A stretch of 64,000 nucleotides of DNA from Candidatus Altimarinus sp. (GCA_020724225.1 DYHI01000003.1:1103-65102), one strand, 5' to 3'. Positions 40,492 through 54,977 are shown, counted from the stretch's first letter. Made by a program: numbers and translations. The notes: a model not told the origin generated them from the sequence alone.

Positions 40492-41289
40492 TTATATATT
40501 TAGTCTAAAATTGGCCTCCTCATACCCTTTCTCAGTTATCTCATCAATCTTTCCAAAGTCATAATATTCATAACTACTTATATCTGGACTAAGTAAAATT
40601 ATATCTTTTCATCTTGCTTTTGCAAGTTCTATACTTAAATCTTCATTTGTTCACATCAAAATAGTAATAGTTTTTTTCAATATTTGATAATTGTATCAAA
40701 AAAATCATTTTTTAAATTCAAAATTTCAAATTTTTCTTTTTGTTACTATTTCTTTTCACTTATCCCTAATAGCAGAAACTGCAATTATATCTTTTCATTC
40801 AAGATCTAATATTGGTAAATTTGCTTTTAATCAACCATCTATAAAATTATTTCAAAGATATTCAAATGAAGTAAATATCATTGGCAAACTGATACTTGCT
40901 CTCACAGCATCAACTATTCTTCACTTTAGAAAAACAATTTTATCTCAAGTATTTATATCTGTTGCAATTATTTTTAATTTAATTTTTGCATCTTCGATTT
41001 TTATTTCTCAGAAAATTTTTTCGAGTACTTTATAAACTTTATTTCCTGAAACAACTCATTTTTTTAAATCTAAATCAATCATTTTTAGGAAATTTATACT
41101 TTTTGCAATTTCTTTTATCTCATCAGTTGTCTTTCATATAGCAAAACATGCTCAAATAATTGCTCACATACTTGTTCAAGCAATTTCACTTATTTTAATA
41201 TCATTTTCTTCTATATATTTCAAAACTCATATGTGACAAAGTCATCTTGCAGCTCATCAACCAAGAGCTAGGGAGTAGGATTTTTTCAT
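40492..41289 (-). CDS. Patatin-like phospholipase
   Basis: LGGGAARG, GTSMG, DGG. Confidence 0.95.
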
Positions 41290-41296
41290 AGGTATT

Positions 41297-43972
41297 TTAT
41301 TTAATCATATTTTTTAAAATTTTATAATCAGTCTTCCCTGTTCCAAGAACTGGAATACTTTCCACAATTATATTTTCTGTAATTTTTACAAGATTACTAA
41401 CTCATCTTTTTCTCAGGTAATCATTTACTTCTTCAATTTCTATCTTTTCAATAGAAAACAAAACTATTTTTGCATTTCCATCTTTTTCAAGAGCTTCAAT
41501 TGCTATTCTCAATTCTTTATCACTACCATATTTTTCTAGCAATATATTTTCCACAAATGGAAGTGAAATCATCTCTCAAGCTATTTTTATAAATCTTTTA
41601 AGTCTACCAGTAATTGATAAAAATCAATCATTATCTACAAATCATAAATCTCAAGTTTTATAATACAATTTTCAATCAATTTCTTCAAAAGGACTTTCGA
41701 GTTTTTCATCTAGGTATCAGCTAAATATAGAACTTCAAGATACATAAATCATTCATTGAGATCAAATTGGAAGTTCTTTATAATAGATTCCTGCCTCCGC
41801 AGGAATGACAGAAGGTATTGTATTTATATCTATTATTTTATATTCCAAATTTGGGAGAATTTTTCAGACAGTTCATGGTTTACTTCAAACTATAGGATTT
41901 ATAGAAACAACAGGACTACACTCAGTTATTCCATATCATTCCAAAATTACTCAATTTGGTGATAATTCTTTAAATCTTTCAAATACTTCTTTTGAACATT
42001 TTTCAGCTCAAACTACTGCATATTTTACATTTTTTAAATAATCTCAACTTGCAAGAGCCATTATCATTTTCAAGAAAGTTGGAGTAGAAGTGATGGCTGA
42101 CACTTTTGTATGTTTAATTATTTCCAAAATAGTTTTTGCATCATTTGGATCTGGAGTATTTGCAACTCTTAAGGATGTAATAAGAGGCATAATAGAATTT
42201 ATAGTGAATCAAAAACTATGAAATGGTGGAAGAAATCCTAGAAGTATATCATCAGATTTTAATTCAAAAATATTTAATGCTCATTTAATATTTTCTATCA
42301 AATTTGTATGTGTAAGTGGAACTGCTTTTGGTAAACTTTCAGATCATGAAGTAAAAAGTATAACTGCATTTTCTTGAAGTTTTGGAATTGGTAGATAAAA
42401 ACTTTTTAAAAGTGCATAAATTTTTTCTGAAACTTTTCATCATTTAAGTAAATCTTCCAAAAATAGAAATCTTCAATTATTTTTATGTTCTTCTAAAAAA
42501 TCATTTTTAACTCTATCATAAAAACTTGAAACTGTTATTATTTTATCAACTTTTGAAAATTTTACACAGTGATCAAATGCTTCTTTCCCTAGAGTCCAAT
42601 TAAACATCACTGGGGTTTTTCCTGCTAAGTAAGTTGCAATTATAAGTAAACTAGCTCATGATACAGCAGGCATCATAATTCCTATATATTCTCAATCTAT
42701 TTTTTTAATTCTTTTCGATATAAAATAAGCTTTTAAAATGAAATCTTTTTTTGTTTGAAGTCAAAGGATATTGTCCCAAATAAAAGTTTCATTTTTATTT
42801 TCCCTAAAGTTTTGTTTCTACAAATCAAGAATTGTTTTATATTTTCTATTATTAATTTTTTCAAACAAATTAGTTACAATTGCATTTTGTTTTCCCCACT
42901 CACACTCTTTCAACTTCTCATAACTTTTACTTTTTCAAACTGCCATTACATACAAATCTCAAACTGTTTTTAAATCAGTTATTGGAGGATTTGAAGCTCA
43001 AGGAAAATTTGCTTGAACAAATGATTTTATTTCAGCAGCATCTAGGCTATCGAAAAATAAATCTAAAATAAGTTTTGAATTATCATCTATTTTTGTTTTA
43101 TCAATTCATTTAATAATTGATATTTTTTCATTAATCTTCACTTTTACATCTTCTGGGATCTGTGATAAATCATAATTATTAGTAATATTTAATTCTTTTT
43201 CCGAACCTGTAATAATACTCGGTTCTTTTTTATCTTTTACATCGTTATAGAAAAAATAATGTGGGATGTATCTTAATTCTTCTAGTGGTTCAACATTATA
43301 AAAATCTTCTAAAAATTTATTGAACTCATTAAGAGATTTTGTTTTATTTTCATTTATTTCTTTTGTGATATCAAAAATTTCTATATTTACATCTCTTTTT
43401 GGAACAAAAAATAGTAAATTAGCAAAAGTAAATTTTATGCTTTGAATATATGCTTTAATAAAAGTTGTTTCACCATTATCCCAAGCTTTTGACCAAATAC
43501 TTCCCCAAAGTCATCTTTGTCTCAATCAAATAACTTTTGTATTTTCAGGCATATTATTTGCAATAAAATATGCTGATTGTTTTCACTTAATACTTTCAAA
43601 ATTTTGTCTATAGATTTGACCAGATGGATAAATGAGTATATTTTTTCATTCTTTTAATCACTCTACAATTGAAGTAAATACTTTTTTTACATCTTCCGCT
43701 GATGCTCAAGCAGTCATTTCTCAAATAGGTACAGCTCAAACCAAATTCATAGCCTGTTTCAAAACTGGAAGTTTATAATATTTCTCAGAAGCAACAGGTG
43801 AAGCAATTATATATTTTCACAAAAAAGCTATAAGAATACGAGGATCAACCAAAGCGACATGATTTGGTAAAACCAAAATTGGTCAATTGTGTTTCAGATT
43901 TTCTACTCATTTTAGTGTTACTTTGTAACGGATAGAAAGGATTAGACGAACGATGAAAAGAATTAGTTTCAT
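41297..43972 (-). CDS. Aas-like fusion: PlsC acyltransferase + phosphopantetheine carrier domain + AMP-dependent acyl ligase
   Basis: NHVALVD (HX4D), YPSG; DSLDAAE carrier Ser motif; FTSGSESLPKAV, EGYGITE, YKTGDLG, GRLKRF. Confidence 0.9.
41784..41810 (-). repeat. Single REP-like palindrome in-frame in the Aas-like gene
   Basis: Encodes VIPAEAGIY. Confidence 0.88.
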
Positions 43973-43988
43973 AAGTATTGGTTAAGAG

Positions 43989-45197
43989 TTATTTTATTTT
44001 TATTTGTTTTCTATAAAGTAAACCTCAAATTATCATCATAATAATTCAAAGTAATATCATCAAAATTCAATATCAAAGTTTTTCCAAAATAAAACTACTA
44101 GTAAACATCATAGAAAATAAGATCATACTAAAAACAAGTCAAAAAGTACTTGCTCAATACTCCTTTTTATCTTCATCTCAGATAGTTTTTAATAAAAATG
44201 AGTCTACCAGATTTGAACTAACTCAGAAAAATAATCAAAGTATTACTGCCAAAATTTTCATAGCAATAAATGTAGTAGCTAAAAATGAAAATGAAATTAT
44301 AACAAATGAAAACAATACATTAAAAATAATAAAATATTTCCATCTATTTTTATTCATTTTAACTGAAAGTAGATTTCAGACTATTGCTCAAATAGCAGAA
44401 TAAAAAAGAATAAAAGTAGCCACTGATGTCTCAATGTTAAAAGTCTTAGTACTATATTCAACTGAAGATTGTGCTACAATTGTAGAAACTGTCCATAGAA
44501 AAGAAGATGTAATTATTATAAAACTATAATTTTTCAATATATATTTTAAGTCCGGAATATATGCTTTTATTGCTTGTTTTAAACTTTCTTTTCTTTCAAA
44601 AAGATATTTTCACCAACCATGAGAAACAAGTGAAGTAAAACTAACTTTATCATAATCTAAATTAAATGAAGCAATTGAAGCAAATGCTAAAAGTCACATA
44701 ATTACAAGATATCCTTCTTTTCATAATTTTTCAAATAATAAACTTCAAACAACAGATCAAATGATGATAAATACAACAAATGTAATTCAAACTAGTGCAT
44801 TTACAAGTGTTTCTGGCAATCATGTTTTTTTGATTTCTATTGCTATAATTACACTTTTCACAACATTCCAAAGTCAGTATAAAAATCACAAAAGTGTTAC
44901 AACTAAAGCAAATGAAAAACTATTTTCAAATCAAAAGAAGTATCATATACTTACAAAAAGTAATGATAAAACAGAAATTACAAACAGATAATATTTTTTC
45001 AAAAAAGTTGAAGCAAAAGCTCATCAAACCAAAAATGCAAATACTGATCAAAGACTTAGGTATCAAGCAACTTTTTGTAAATCCATATCTAAAGTAACTC
45101 AATTTACTCACCACATATAAAATTTAATAGTTGCAAAAAATGTTGCCCATACAGCAACCAAAATTATAAAAATAATAAATGTTTTAAATTTGTTCAT
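43989..45197 (-). CDS. MFS transporter (LplT-like by context)
   Basis: About 12 hydrophobic segments; immediately upstream of the Aas-like gene. Confidence 0.75.
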
Positions 45198-45227
45198 AAA
45201 AAATAATTAATAAATACTTATCTTATT

Positions 45228-45818
45228 TTACTCGAAATCAACACAAACACTGTAAAAAACATCATCTTTTCTTCCAAAAAACACTTGCCTATTTTGTCAT
45301 TTATAGTTTAGTGATAGAAATAATGTAAAATCTAATCAAGTAATAGTTTTTTTACTATCTTTTACTGATTTCAATATAATATTTTTCATATCATCTAAAC
45401 TTCCAAAAATATATTTTATTACACTTTCTTTTGCAGTCCAAAGTATGAAAAAGTTTTCAAAGTTCTTTCATCAAAGTACAATATATTCTTCATCATCAAA
45501 TTGATTTAAAACTGATATATCTCTTTCTTTGTATACTTCTATATCAATTCATATTTTTTTGTCACTAACTCAAACAAAAACTAAATCATCTTTATGTGAT
45601 ATAGTCCAAAAAAGCCAATTATCAAAAATAGGCTTTCAAGTTTTATCAATCTGTGGAAAATAGTTTTTAATTCAAAATTCTCTCTCAATTTCTTTTGAAA
45701 TCAGATATCTAGCAACTAGAGATTCTTTTGAATTAAAATTATTTATGTAATTTTTTGGGAAATAGTTTAATGTATCTTGATATAATGAATCAATATTATT
45801 TTGTATTTGTAAGTTCAT
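45228..45818 (-). CDS. 4'-phosphopantetheinyl transferase (Sfp-type)
   Basis: GKP, TISH, IGIDIE, WTAKESVIK. Confidence 0.9.
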
Positions 45819-45819
45819 T

Positions 45820-47202
45820 TTAATTATTATAAAACATATTATAAGTTGAAAATGGATAAACCTTCCCTGGCTCAATTATAAAATTACATTCTCTTTTTAT
45901 ATTTGTAGAATCAAAATTATACATATCACTAAATTCCATAATAACTATTCTAAAAACATTTTTATAACTCATATATTCTGGGGCTATAAAATCTGGCCAA
46001 CAACAAAAAAGTTTTCTTTTAATTCTATCCTTTAAGATATTTTCTCACATAGCAGTATCTAAACTTACTGTTTCTATAACTGTTTTTATAAAATCTCTAT
46101 CTTGTTCAAATGCAACTGTTCATTTTTGATGAGTTATAACTTCTCTTGGGATTTTTCAAGTAACAGGAAGTATATTTATATTTCAATCTTTAATAGTTTT
46201 TATAGCATATCAAACACTTATTTTATGTGGATCACAAGGAAGTGGAATCATATCATCACTGGTAAATCAATTTTTATTTGTATCTATTACTTTTTGTCTT
46301 ATTTCAGATAATGTTATCTTATAATCATTCTCTGAATCGTTTCTTCATACATCACTTATAGGTTGAAAAACTATTCATCTGACACAGTCTTCTCGAGTTG
46401 CAAAATTAATTAATTCTCAAATTTCTTCATCATTTACTCATCTTGAAACTACACAAACAAGTGTTGTAGAAATATCATATTTATTTAACATTGCTAAAGC
46501 TTTTTTTCTTGTTTGTAGCATATCTTGATTTCTTAGAATTTTTAGAGTTTCTTCTTTTAGAGAATCAAATTGTAAATACACTTCAAATCAAGGTCATAAA
46601 TCTTTTAATGATGCAACAAAATTTTCATCATTTGCGATTTTAATTCCGTTTGTATTTAGCATTAGGTGTCTAACTGGTCATGATTTTAAATATTTCAAAA
46701 TACCCAAAATTTCTGGATGAAGAGTTGGTTCTCATCATGTTACTTGTATGAGATCAGGTTTTGATTCAACTTTTAAAAGAGTTAAATGCATAATTTTTAT
46801 ATCAGCTAAACTTTTATAATTTCATTTTCAAGGTTCTGCTTTATGATAACAAATATTACATTTCATATTACATTCATCAGTTACATTAAAAAGAGCTAAG
46901 CAAGGATGATTTTGATGTTGAGGACAAACTCAACAATCCCAAGGGCATCAATGTTTTACTTCTGTCAAAGCAGTTTCTGGAAGATCAGGAAGTTTTAAGT
47001 AGTTTTCACACTTTTTATAATATTCAAGATCCGTTGATATTTTTACAAAAGTTTCTCCACAATCAGGACAAAATTTTCTCAAAAAAACTTCATTATCTTT
47101 TGAAACTATATGAGTATCAATGAGTTTTTTTGTTTTACAAAGATGACAAAAACTTTGTGTAGTAGATAGAAATATATCATAGTTTCTGTTGTATTGTGCC
47201 AT
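45820..47202 (-). CDS. Radical SAM protein, tetraether lipid synthase (Tes/MJ0619)-like family
   Basis: N-terminal CHLC...CPDC, GCPWDCGVCPQHQNHPC, CNMKCNIC, TGGEPTLHP, NTNG, YLQFD, FQP. Confidence 0.85.
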
Positions 47203-47206
47203 AATT

Positions 47207-47668
47207 TTATTTATAAAATAATCACATTTTTCAATTTAATTTATTATAAATTAAATATAATGAAATTAATCAAGTTATAATCAAAAATATTCAAAAAAAT
47301 TTATCTTTATAATAATTATCTTCAAATAATATTATTCATCAAAAGACTAATAATCAAACTCAAACAAAAAATAATGACAACCATCAAATAAATTTAAGAA
47401 TTTTTCACAATAAATCTTTTATAGTTATTCAATTATTTATTATGTATAATATTAATCAAAATCAATATTTTAATATAAGATAAATTAAATAAAATCAAAA
47501 AATTACTATTGGATAAAACAGTAAATTTGATAATCTATAATATTCATATGAAGTCATATATATCAAAAAAGTTCATCAACATAAAACTCAAAAAATTCAT
47601 AATAAAATAAATAAAACTAATAATATAATTAATAATATTTGTTTTGTGGTAAGTTTATTATTTTCCAT
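47207..47668 (-). CDS. Small multi-TM membrane protein
   Basis: 153 aa, strongly hydrophobic code-25 ORF. Confidence 0.65.
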
Positions 47669-48400
47669 AATTATATTTATTTAATTTATAAATTACATAA
47701 ATTATCATCCCAATAGAAACTATTTGAATAGTATTTAATCCTATCCATAAGTGACTATAAGGCATAATAAATCAAGCTAAAAATCTGTATAAAAATACAC
47801 AAGACAAAAAATAAAAAATCAATTTTTTATCCAGTATTCTTTTTTATATTTCAATCATATAATTAATAATACTCAAATAAATAATAACACAAGTATTTCA
47901 TAAATTTGAGTTGGATGTCTAAATATTCCATCTCAATAATCATATCACCAAAATAGACTTGTTTCAATTCAGTGAGTATTATCTCTTAGTCATATATTAA
48001 AAGCTCAAATTCTTCATACTATAATTCAAACTATTAAGCTAGGAACAAAAACTACTCAAGTATTAAATTTTAAATTATATATTTTTTTAACTATTTCAGA
48101 AGCTATTACTCAACCTGCAATTGCTCATGCAATTGTTTTTGATAAAACAATTCAATCTCAAAAGTTTTCTTGAAAATATCCTGAAACATAATTATCAAAA
48201 GTTGAAACTAATATTGCAAAAAATATAGCTAAACCAAGTATTCATAAATAATAAAAAAGTTTTTGTTCAAAATTTGAAAAAATATTTGAATTTATATTGT
48301 GTTTAAAATAATATTTATAGCTTAAATATCAAGCTATTCATCCAGATAAATAACCTAAAAAATCACCTAATATTTTTATTTTATAATAATCAAAATCCAT
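47658..48400 (-). pseudogene. Lgt-family (prolipoprotein diacylglyceryl transferase-like) gene with a 1-nt frameshift; pseudogene or sequencing error
   Basis: KTIAGAIAGG, GRIG, RHPTQIYE; frame stops at 47777, but one extra base in the A5 run at 47791-47795 restores YRFLAGFI...GLNTIQ to 47658. Confidence 0.75.
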
Positions 48401-48416
48401 AAAACATAATTTATTA

Positions 48417-51400
48417 TTAAACAACCTCAACACTACCCCCATCCTTCACAAATTTTTCTACAATTTCAACTATTTTATCATAGTCTCTTTTATTTAATTC
48501 TGATTTATAATTTGCTTTTATATAATCAAATGTTGTTTTTAATTCTCACTTCTCAAAAGTTGTTTTTCAAGATTGCTCTATAACTATTTTTCACATTTTT
48601 ACTAAATTTTTTGCTCTAATTTTTATATTTTTTCAATCATTGAATTTAAAAATTATTGCAGTTTTTTCTCATAAATCTATCTTTTCCAAATCGGTATTTA
48701 TAGTAGATGATTGAGATTTTTCAGGATTAACTATTGTAGAAGTTTCTTCACTCGCAAAATCATCGCTCAATTTTAAATTATTTTTTTTATATAAACTTGA
48801 TATATAAATCATTATTGATCATACAAACATAAAAGCTACAATTCTTACAATTGCATTATCCGTTATATTCCAGATATCATACAATCACATTTTAACCAAT
48901 GTAATAATAAGTAAATATAATCAAGCTGATCTGATATTTTTATTTAAATTAAATATTCAAATATGAACCGCAATCAAAGATAAAATTCACCAATAAATTG
49001 TTAATGAAAAATAATCATTTGTAAAATTAAATAAATAGATTGAAGAAATAATGAAAAAATAAATTCCTGAAATTATATTCATATATTTATACTTAATTTC
49101 AAAAAATCTTGATTGAAGATAAACAATAGATAATGATAAAATAGTAAAAATATAATTTAAATTATAATTATCAAAGAAATTAGTTGAAATTATGTGCACC
49201 AACAACAATCATACTAATAAAGCTTGAGAAAAATATGATAGAATTTTATCTTTAAATAAATCGTAAATAACTCAGATAAAAGTTGTAAAAAATAAAGTGA
49301 AAATCAAGAAATTTCAATAATCTTTAAAATCAAATATTGTAACGAGATTTACAAAAACTATAAAAATTCAAAAAATATGTAAAACTTTTGTAAATATTGC
49401 ATCTTTTGAAGGCAATTTTATATTTAAAAACAATAATATTGAAATAATTCAAATAGAAACTAAATCAGAATAATTTAAAGATATTCAATTCAGACTTGCA
49501 TCCATGTATTTTACAAGTCAGATTATAAAAAGAATAATTCAAGCCAAATAAATTTTTTCTTTATTTAATTTATTTGCAAAATAAAATAATATAGTTGATT
49601 CAAATAACCAAATTATAGAAATTACAAGTGGTAATTTAGAAAAAACTAAAGCAACTGAAATAGAGAATAAAGAAACAGCTATAGCTAAAAATGCATACAG
49701 TAAATTTAGGTTTGAATCATTTTTTATTTCTTCTTTATCCAACCTAGAAAAAATCAAAAATCATCAAATGAAATATAAAATAGCAAGTCATAAAAATGCA
49801 ATACCTAAACTTACTCCTGGAAAATATTCATTTCAAAATCTAAATAAATTTCATCATACAAAAAGCACTCAAAGTATAATTCAAAAGATCAAATTTGTTG
49901 AATCATTTTTTATAAGATTTTTATTTACAAAAGGAAGTAAATAATTTGAAATTCAAAAAAGTGTAATTCAAATAATTGATAAAAATGAAAATTCTCATTT
50001 TACTTCAATTATTGATAACAATAAAACAATAGTTGAAAATGTTCATAATGTATATAAATAGCTCAAATCTTTTTTCGTAGACAAAAAATATGTAGTAAAA
50101 AAGTATATAAATGATGTAATAAAAATAGTTAAAAAACTTGCTTTATCTATTCAAAAATCTATATTTAAATGTAGATTTGCAAGAAATAAAAATACTCCCA
50201 AAATAACAAAAAATATATATTTAAAAATCGATGAAACTATACTTCAAATTCAAAATGCAAATACTAGTAAATATGCAAGTAAAAAAAGTGGAATCAAAAT
50301 TATTCAAGTTCAAGAAGCTCATAAAAACAAGAAGAAAAGTACAAATAATAATGGTAAAAATATTAAATTTAATAGTCAAACTCAAATAGATGTAATTATA
50401 AAGAATGAATTAATTATTAATAATCAAAGAGTAGCAATTATAAACATTATCATTACTCATAAACCTGTAAGAGCATAACCTGAAAACATTATAAATGCTA
50501 AAAATATATATGTGATAATAAATGATAACATTATATTTTTTACCTGCTTATTTTTATAAAGTAGGAAAATTGATGCAAAATTAATTACATTAAATCAAAT
50601 CATTTTTGATACAAAATATGAAGAATCGTTTCAAAAAGGTGCTATCAAAAAAAGTATATTTCATCAAATAAGAGTTGTATAAAATAATTGAATCGAAGTT
50701 AAATTATCTCATACTTTGTAAAAATAATTACTTAAAAATAATCATCAAATACTCAAAATCAAACTATATCAAACAAGCAAAAATGGAGTATTATAATTTT
50801 CTCAAATTATAAATGGAATTATATATGAAAATATAATAGAAAATAAAAGTAGATTTTTTGAACTGTAAACAAATGATGTAACTACAGAAAAAATAGTATT
50901 TAATATAAGTAAAATAAATGTAAGATAACTATCTAAAAATCAATTTCAAATAATAAATTTTCAACTTAAAATAACTATATAATTTATCAAGATTCAAGTT
51001 CAAATAAGTATAGTTCATTCTGTATCATATCATTTATTATGAACAAATACTCATACAAAATAAACTGTAAATCAAATTACAAATCATATAAGTATTTTTG
51101 CTACTGGTCAGACATAAGTATAAACTAAACTCATCAAAAATATAACTCAAAGTGCAAGTAAAATTCATCCTATTTTTGCCATAAGATTTTCAGCAAAAAA
51201 ATCAGATAAAAATTTTGCAATTTTTGAAGGTTCTTCAAGTTTTTCTTCCCTTATTTCATTTATTGAATCATTTTTATTTTCTATTTTATCAATATTTCCT
51301 TGAAGTAATATATTATTGTTTTTTTCTTTTTCCAATCTAGTATAATAATCTTCATCATAAAAATCATCATCTATTTTTTTTACTCATACTATTTCTGATT

Positions 51401-51695
51401 TTGTTTCATTTAAAACTGATTCTAAAATTTCTTTTTTTTCATTTTCTTTAATTATATTTTCACTTATTTTTTTTGGAATTTTTACTCATGATAATTTGAG
51501 TTTTTCAATTATTTCATTTGATATATTTTCTTTGAATTTAGATAAACTATTTTCTATAAAAGTTTTATTAAATAAAACTTTTATTATAACAAATACTATT
51601 AATCAGAATAAAAATAAATCATCATCAACTAAAAAAATAATTAAAAAAGCCAAAATAGCTAAAATCCAAGATATACGATTAAAAATAGAATACAT
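48417..51695 (-). CDS. DUF2339-like large polytopic membrane protein
   Basis: ENLMAKIGGILLALGVIFL, EGTILIGTG, KMGLYDIW, RIVAFMFVG; more than 20 hydrophobic segments. Confidence 0.8.
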
Positions 51696-51717
51696 AAAAG
51701 AAAAAATTAAATAATAA

Positions 51718-53397
51718 TTATTTAGAAACTTTGTTAATTTTTCATAGCATCATAAAAATTCACCCTAAAAATAATAAAACTATAAATACTATCAATCATA
51801 TAAAAAATCATTTATTTGATTCTATAAATCTATCATCTTTTTCATCACAAATATCTCAGATAGAGTCATTATCAATATCTTTTTGATCTGGATTATAATC
51901 ATACGGACAATTATCTTTTCAATTAATTATATTATCTCTATCTGTATCTTCACAAACATTTCCTATACCATTATTATCACTGTCTTTTTGATCATTATTT
52001 GCATCATTAATACAATTATCAAGATATCAAATAATTCAATCTTTATCACTATCTTCACACATATCTCAAACTCAATTTTTATCTAAATCTAACTGATCAA
52101 AATTCTTTATATTTATGCAATTATCACAGACATCTCAAACTAAATCTCTATCATTATCTTTTTGATCTGGATTATATACATTTACACAATTATCTTGACT
52201 ATCAATTACAGAGTCTTTATCTCTATCATTATCTATTTTATATCTTTCAGTTTCTTCACATACATCTCAAATACCATTATCATTTTTATCTAATTGGTTT
52301 GGATTATATAATTTACAATTATCACAAGCATTTCAAATACCATCCCTATCATCATCTAATTGATCTGGATTATATATATTTATACAATTATCTTGACTAT
52401 CAAAAATAGCATCTCCATCTTTATCAAACTCACAAACATCTCAGATTCAATTGTTATTTATATCTTTTTGATCTCTATTTGATATATATGGACAATTATC
52501 ATTTTTTCAAACTAATCAATCTTTATCATCATCATCACAAAGATCTCAGATTCAATTTGTATTTGTATCTAACTGATTTGGATTATAGTCATTTTTACAG
52601 TTATCATCACTATCAGTAACTCAATCTAAATCCACATCATTTCATATATCAACTTGATAATCTATATTTTTTATTAAATTAACAGAAAAAATATCTAAAC
52701 TAGAATTAAATACATAAGATTTAACCGATTTAAAATTTTTTGATTGGTAATCTCTCAAATCATCATAATCTTTTCAATTTGAACAAAAAAAGTTTGAAAA
52801 TAATTTTATTTTTCAGTTTGTGTCAGATTTAACTAAATAAATATAATTATTTTTTTTGAAGTCTAATTCTCTGATTTTAATATTTTCAATAATCCTATCT
52901 CTATTATAAGAAAAAAAACTTAACTTTAAATATCTAAAAGAAAATGTATCTAAATTATATAAAGAAACTTTTTTATAACTTATATTATCATCTGAAATAA
53001 ATATATTATAAGTATAATTTATAGAATCAATAAGTATTTTAGGTGAAATTCAAGGTCAAACACTTTTTCAAAAATCAAGTATCAAATCATTACTATTTTC
53101 TCAAAGTGTTTTTGTAAAATATGTATCATACTTTCAATCTTTTAAATACAATAACTCGTTTTGTTTAATATCAACTAAATAATCCAATTTATCCACTGAA
53201 CTTTTATAAAGTTTAAGATAAATATCATTATTTTCAGTTTTGGCATAATCTATATTTCTATCAATATTCAATAAAAAAATCTTATTTTGAGGAACTTCCA
53301 AAGTTCATAAATACTCAAAACAAGACTCATTAAGTGCAAAAGTTGAAAAATAAAAAAATGTAAAAAATATACTTAAAAATAAACGAAATGATTTCAT
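51718..53397 (-). CDS. Thrombospondin type-3 repeat surface protein
   Basis: Signal peptide; about nine DNC.x4.NP(D/N)Q.D.D..G(I/V)GD.C repeats (51830-52650); C-terminal TM anchor. Confidence 0.9.
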
Positions 53398-53490
53398 GAA
53401 AATTAATTTTATAAAATAATTTAAAATATTTTATTTTTTTCTTTTAAAAAAGCCAAGTAAATTATATTTTTTCACTTGACTAAATTATGT

Positions 53491-54093
53491 CTACTTTTTT
53501 AAATATTCAGGAATTTCATAATTTTCAAATTCAGTTAATAATTTTCTTCCATAAATAGTTCTAGATACAACCTCTGCAGCACATTTTGCTCACATAAGTG
53601 CATTGTGTGGATTTGGTTCTCATCATGGAACTCAAACAAAACTTAGAGATTCATCTAGATTAATTTTATACTTACCTTTTTCTATCAAAATCTTTTTTCA
53701 AAGTTCAAGATGTTTTGTAAAAACTATTGTATGTGTATCCAAACTTCTATGTCAAAGTGAATATTCAAGTCATGCTTTTTTGTAACTTTCAACCAAAAAA
53801 TCTATATCACTTTTTGGATTTTGTCATATTAATATCTGAGGATAAGAACATGTTTTTAACCAAGCATCAAATTTTTTTATAAGTTGTTCTAAACTAAGTT
53901 TATTTGGGTCTTTTATTTCCTGAACTGAAAATCAATTTATTTTCAATGCTTCTTCTTCCCAAGTTGCTCACTCCCATATCCTACACTCAGCATAAAATTG
54001 ATTAGTAGGATTATAAAAATCAACTGCTCCTAAACTGACAAGTGAATGTTTTTTATGATCAAGTCAAGTAAATTCTCAATCAATTGAAATCAT
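53491..54093 (-). CDS. DEDDh 3'-5' exonuclease
   Basis: IDGEFTGLD, GQNPKSDIDF, LDT, PHNALMGA. Confidence 0.88.
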
Positions 54094-54187
54094 TTTAAAA
54101 GTATTAAGTATTAAGTACTAAGTATTAAGATAATTGAAAAAGGGAAAAATGCAAAAAATAAAAACTTACATTTGTAAGCTTTTATTT

Positions 54188-54373
54188 TTAATCGTTCCAA
54201 AAAGTTTCTTTTTCTTTCAATGTTGGATCTAAAATTACTTCTACTCAGTCTCTTACTCTATTTATCTCTGATTCAGACACAGATAACTCTCAAGAATAAC
54301 TCCTTAACTCCCAAGGTTTTAAAGATTTTGAAAAACTTTTTCAAGGAAAACTATTTGAATTTCATAAATTCAT
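54188..54373 (-). CDS. Hypothetical protein (61 aa)
   Basis: Code-25 ORF followed by hairpin AAAAACTTACA/TGTAAGCTTTT. Confidence 0.5.
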
Positions 54374-54400
54374 AGTTGAAAAATTAAAAAATAAATAATA

Positions 54401-54910
54401 TTAATTAAAAGAAATAAATTCTGGTATATGATTTGTCATATATCATGATATTATTGTTACTATTGTTTTTAACTCGCTTGGAGTTAATTTATTTGTTCTT
54501 AAATATGTAAATCTATTTTCATATTCAAGAAGATATACTAATATATGGTTATATCATGATTTTAAAAATTTCTCTACTTCTAAATCATCTACTTTATATA
54601 TTTCTGGCAATCAAAGGATTTTTCATACTTCATTTAGTGACTTTAATCTAACATCATTATTTGCTTTATCTAAATTTCATAATAAAAATCTAATCCTTTT
54701 TATATCCTCTAAATCAAGTACTCACTCTGGTAAATCAAGTAAATTTCAAACTTGTATCTTTGAATCATCTACTCTACTTATGGTATGTGGTGAAGTTAAT
54801 CAACTTGTTCATTCATATCAAAATTCTGGTACATCTCTTAACCATCATTTACTATCACTTGGAATATTTTTTTCCACACTTGATCCCCATCAACCTTCTG
54901 GTACTGGCAT
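54401..54910 (-). CDS. Hypothetical protein (169 aa)
   Basis: Code-25 ORF MPVPEGGWG... Confidence 0.6.
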
Positions 54911-54977
54911 AATTTTATTGATTAAAAAAATAAACTCATCATAATTTAACGAGTTTATTTAATATGTCAATAAGATT

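Noticed and set aside
48417..48445. Third frameshift at the G4 run near the end of the DUF2339-like gene
   Set aside because: An alternative ending (GGSVEVV) is conceivable, but the current frame closes cleanly a few codons later; undecidable without homologues or reads
51830..52650. Nucleotide repeat array (CRISPR- or DGR-like)
   Set aside because: Repeats are protein-level thrombospondin type-3 units inside one ORF
54930..54970. Second promoter-in-terminator overlap on the minus strand
   Set aside because: TTGACA and a hairpin are present but there is no convincing -10 box at 17-nt spacing
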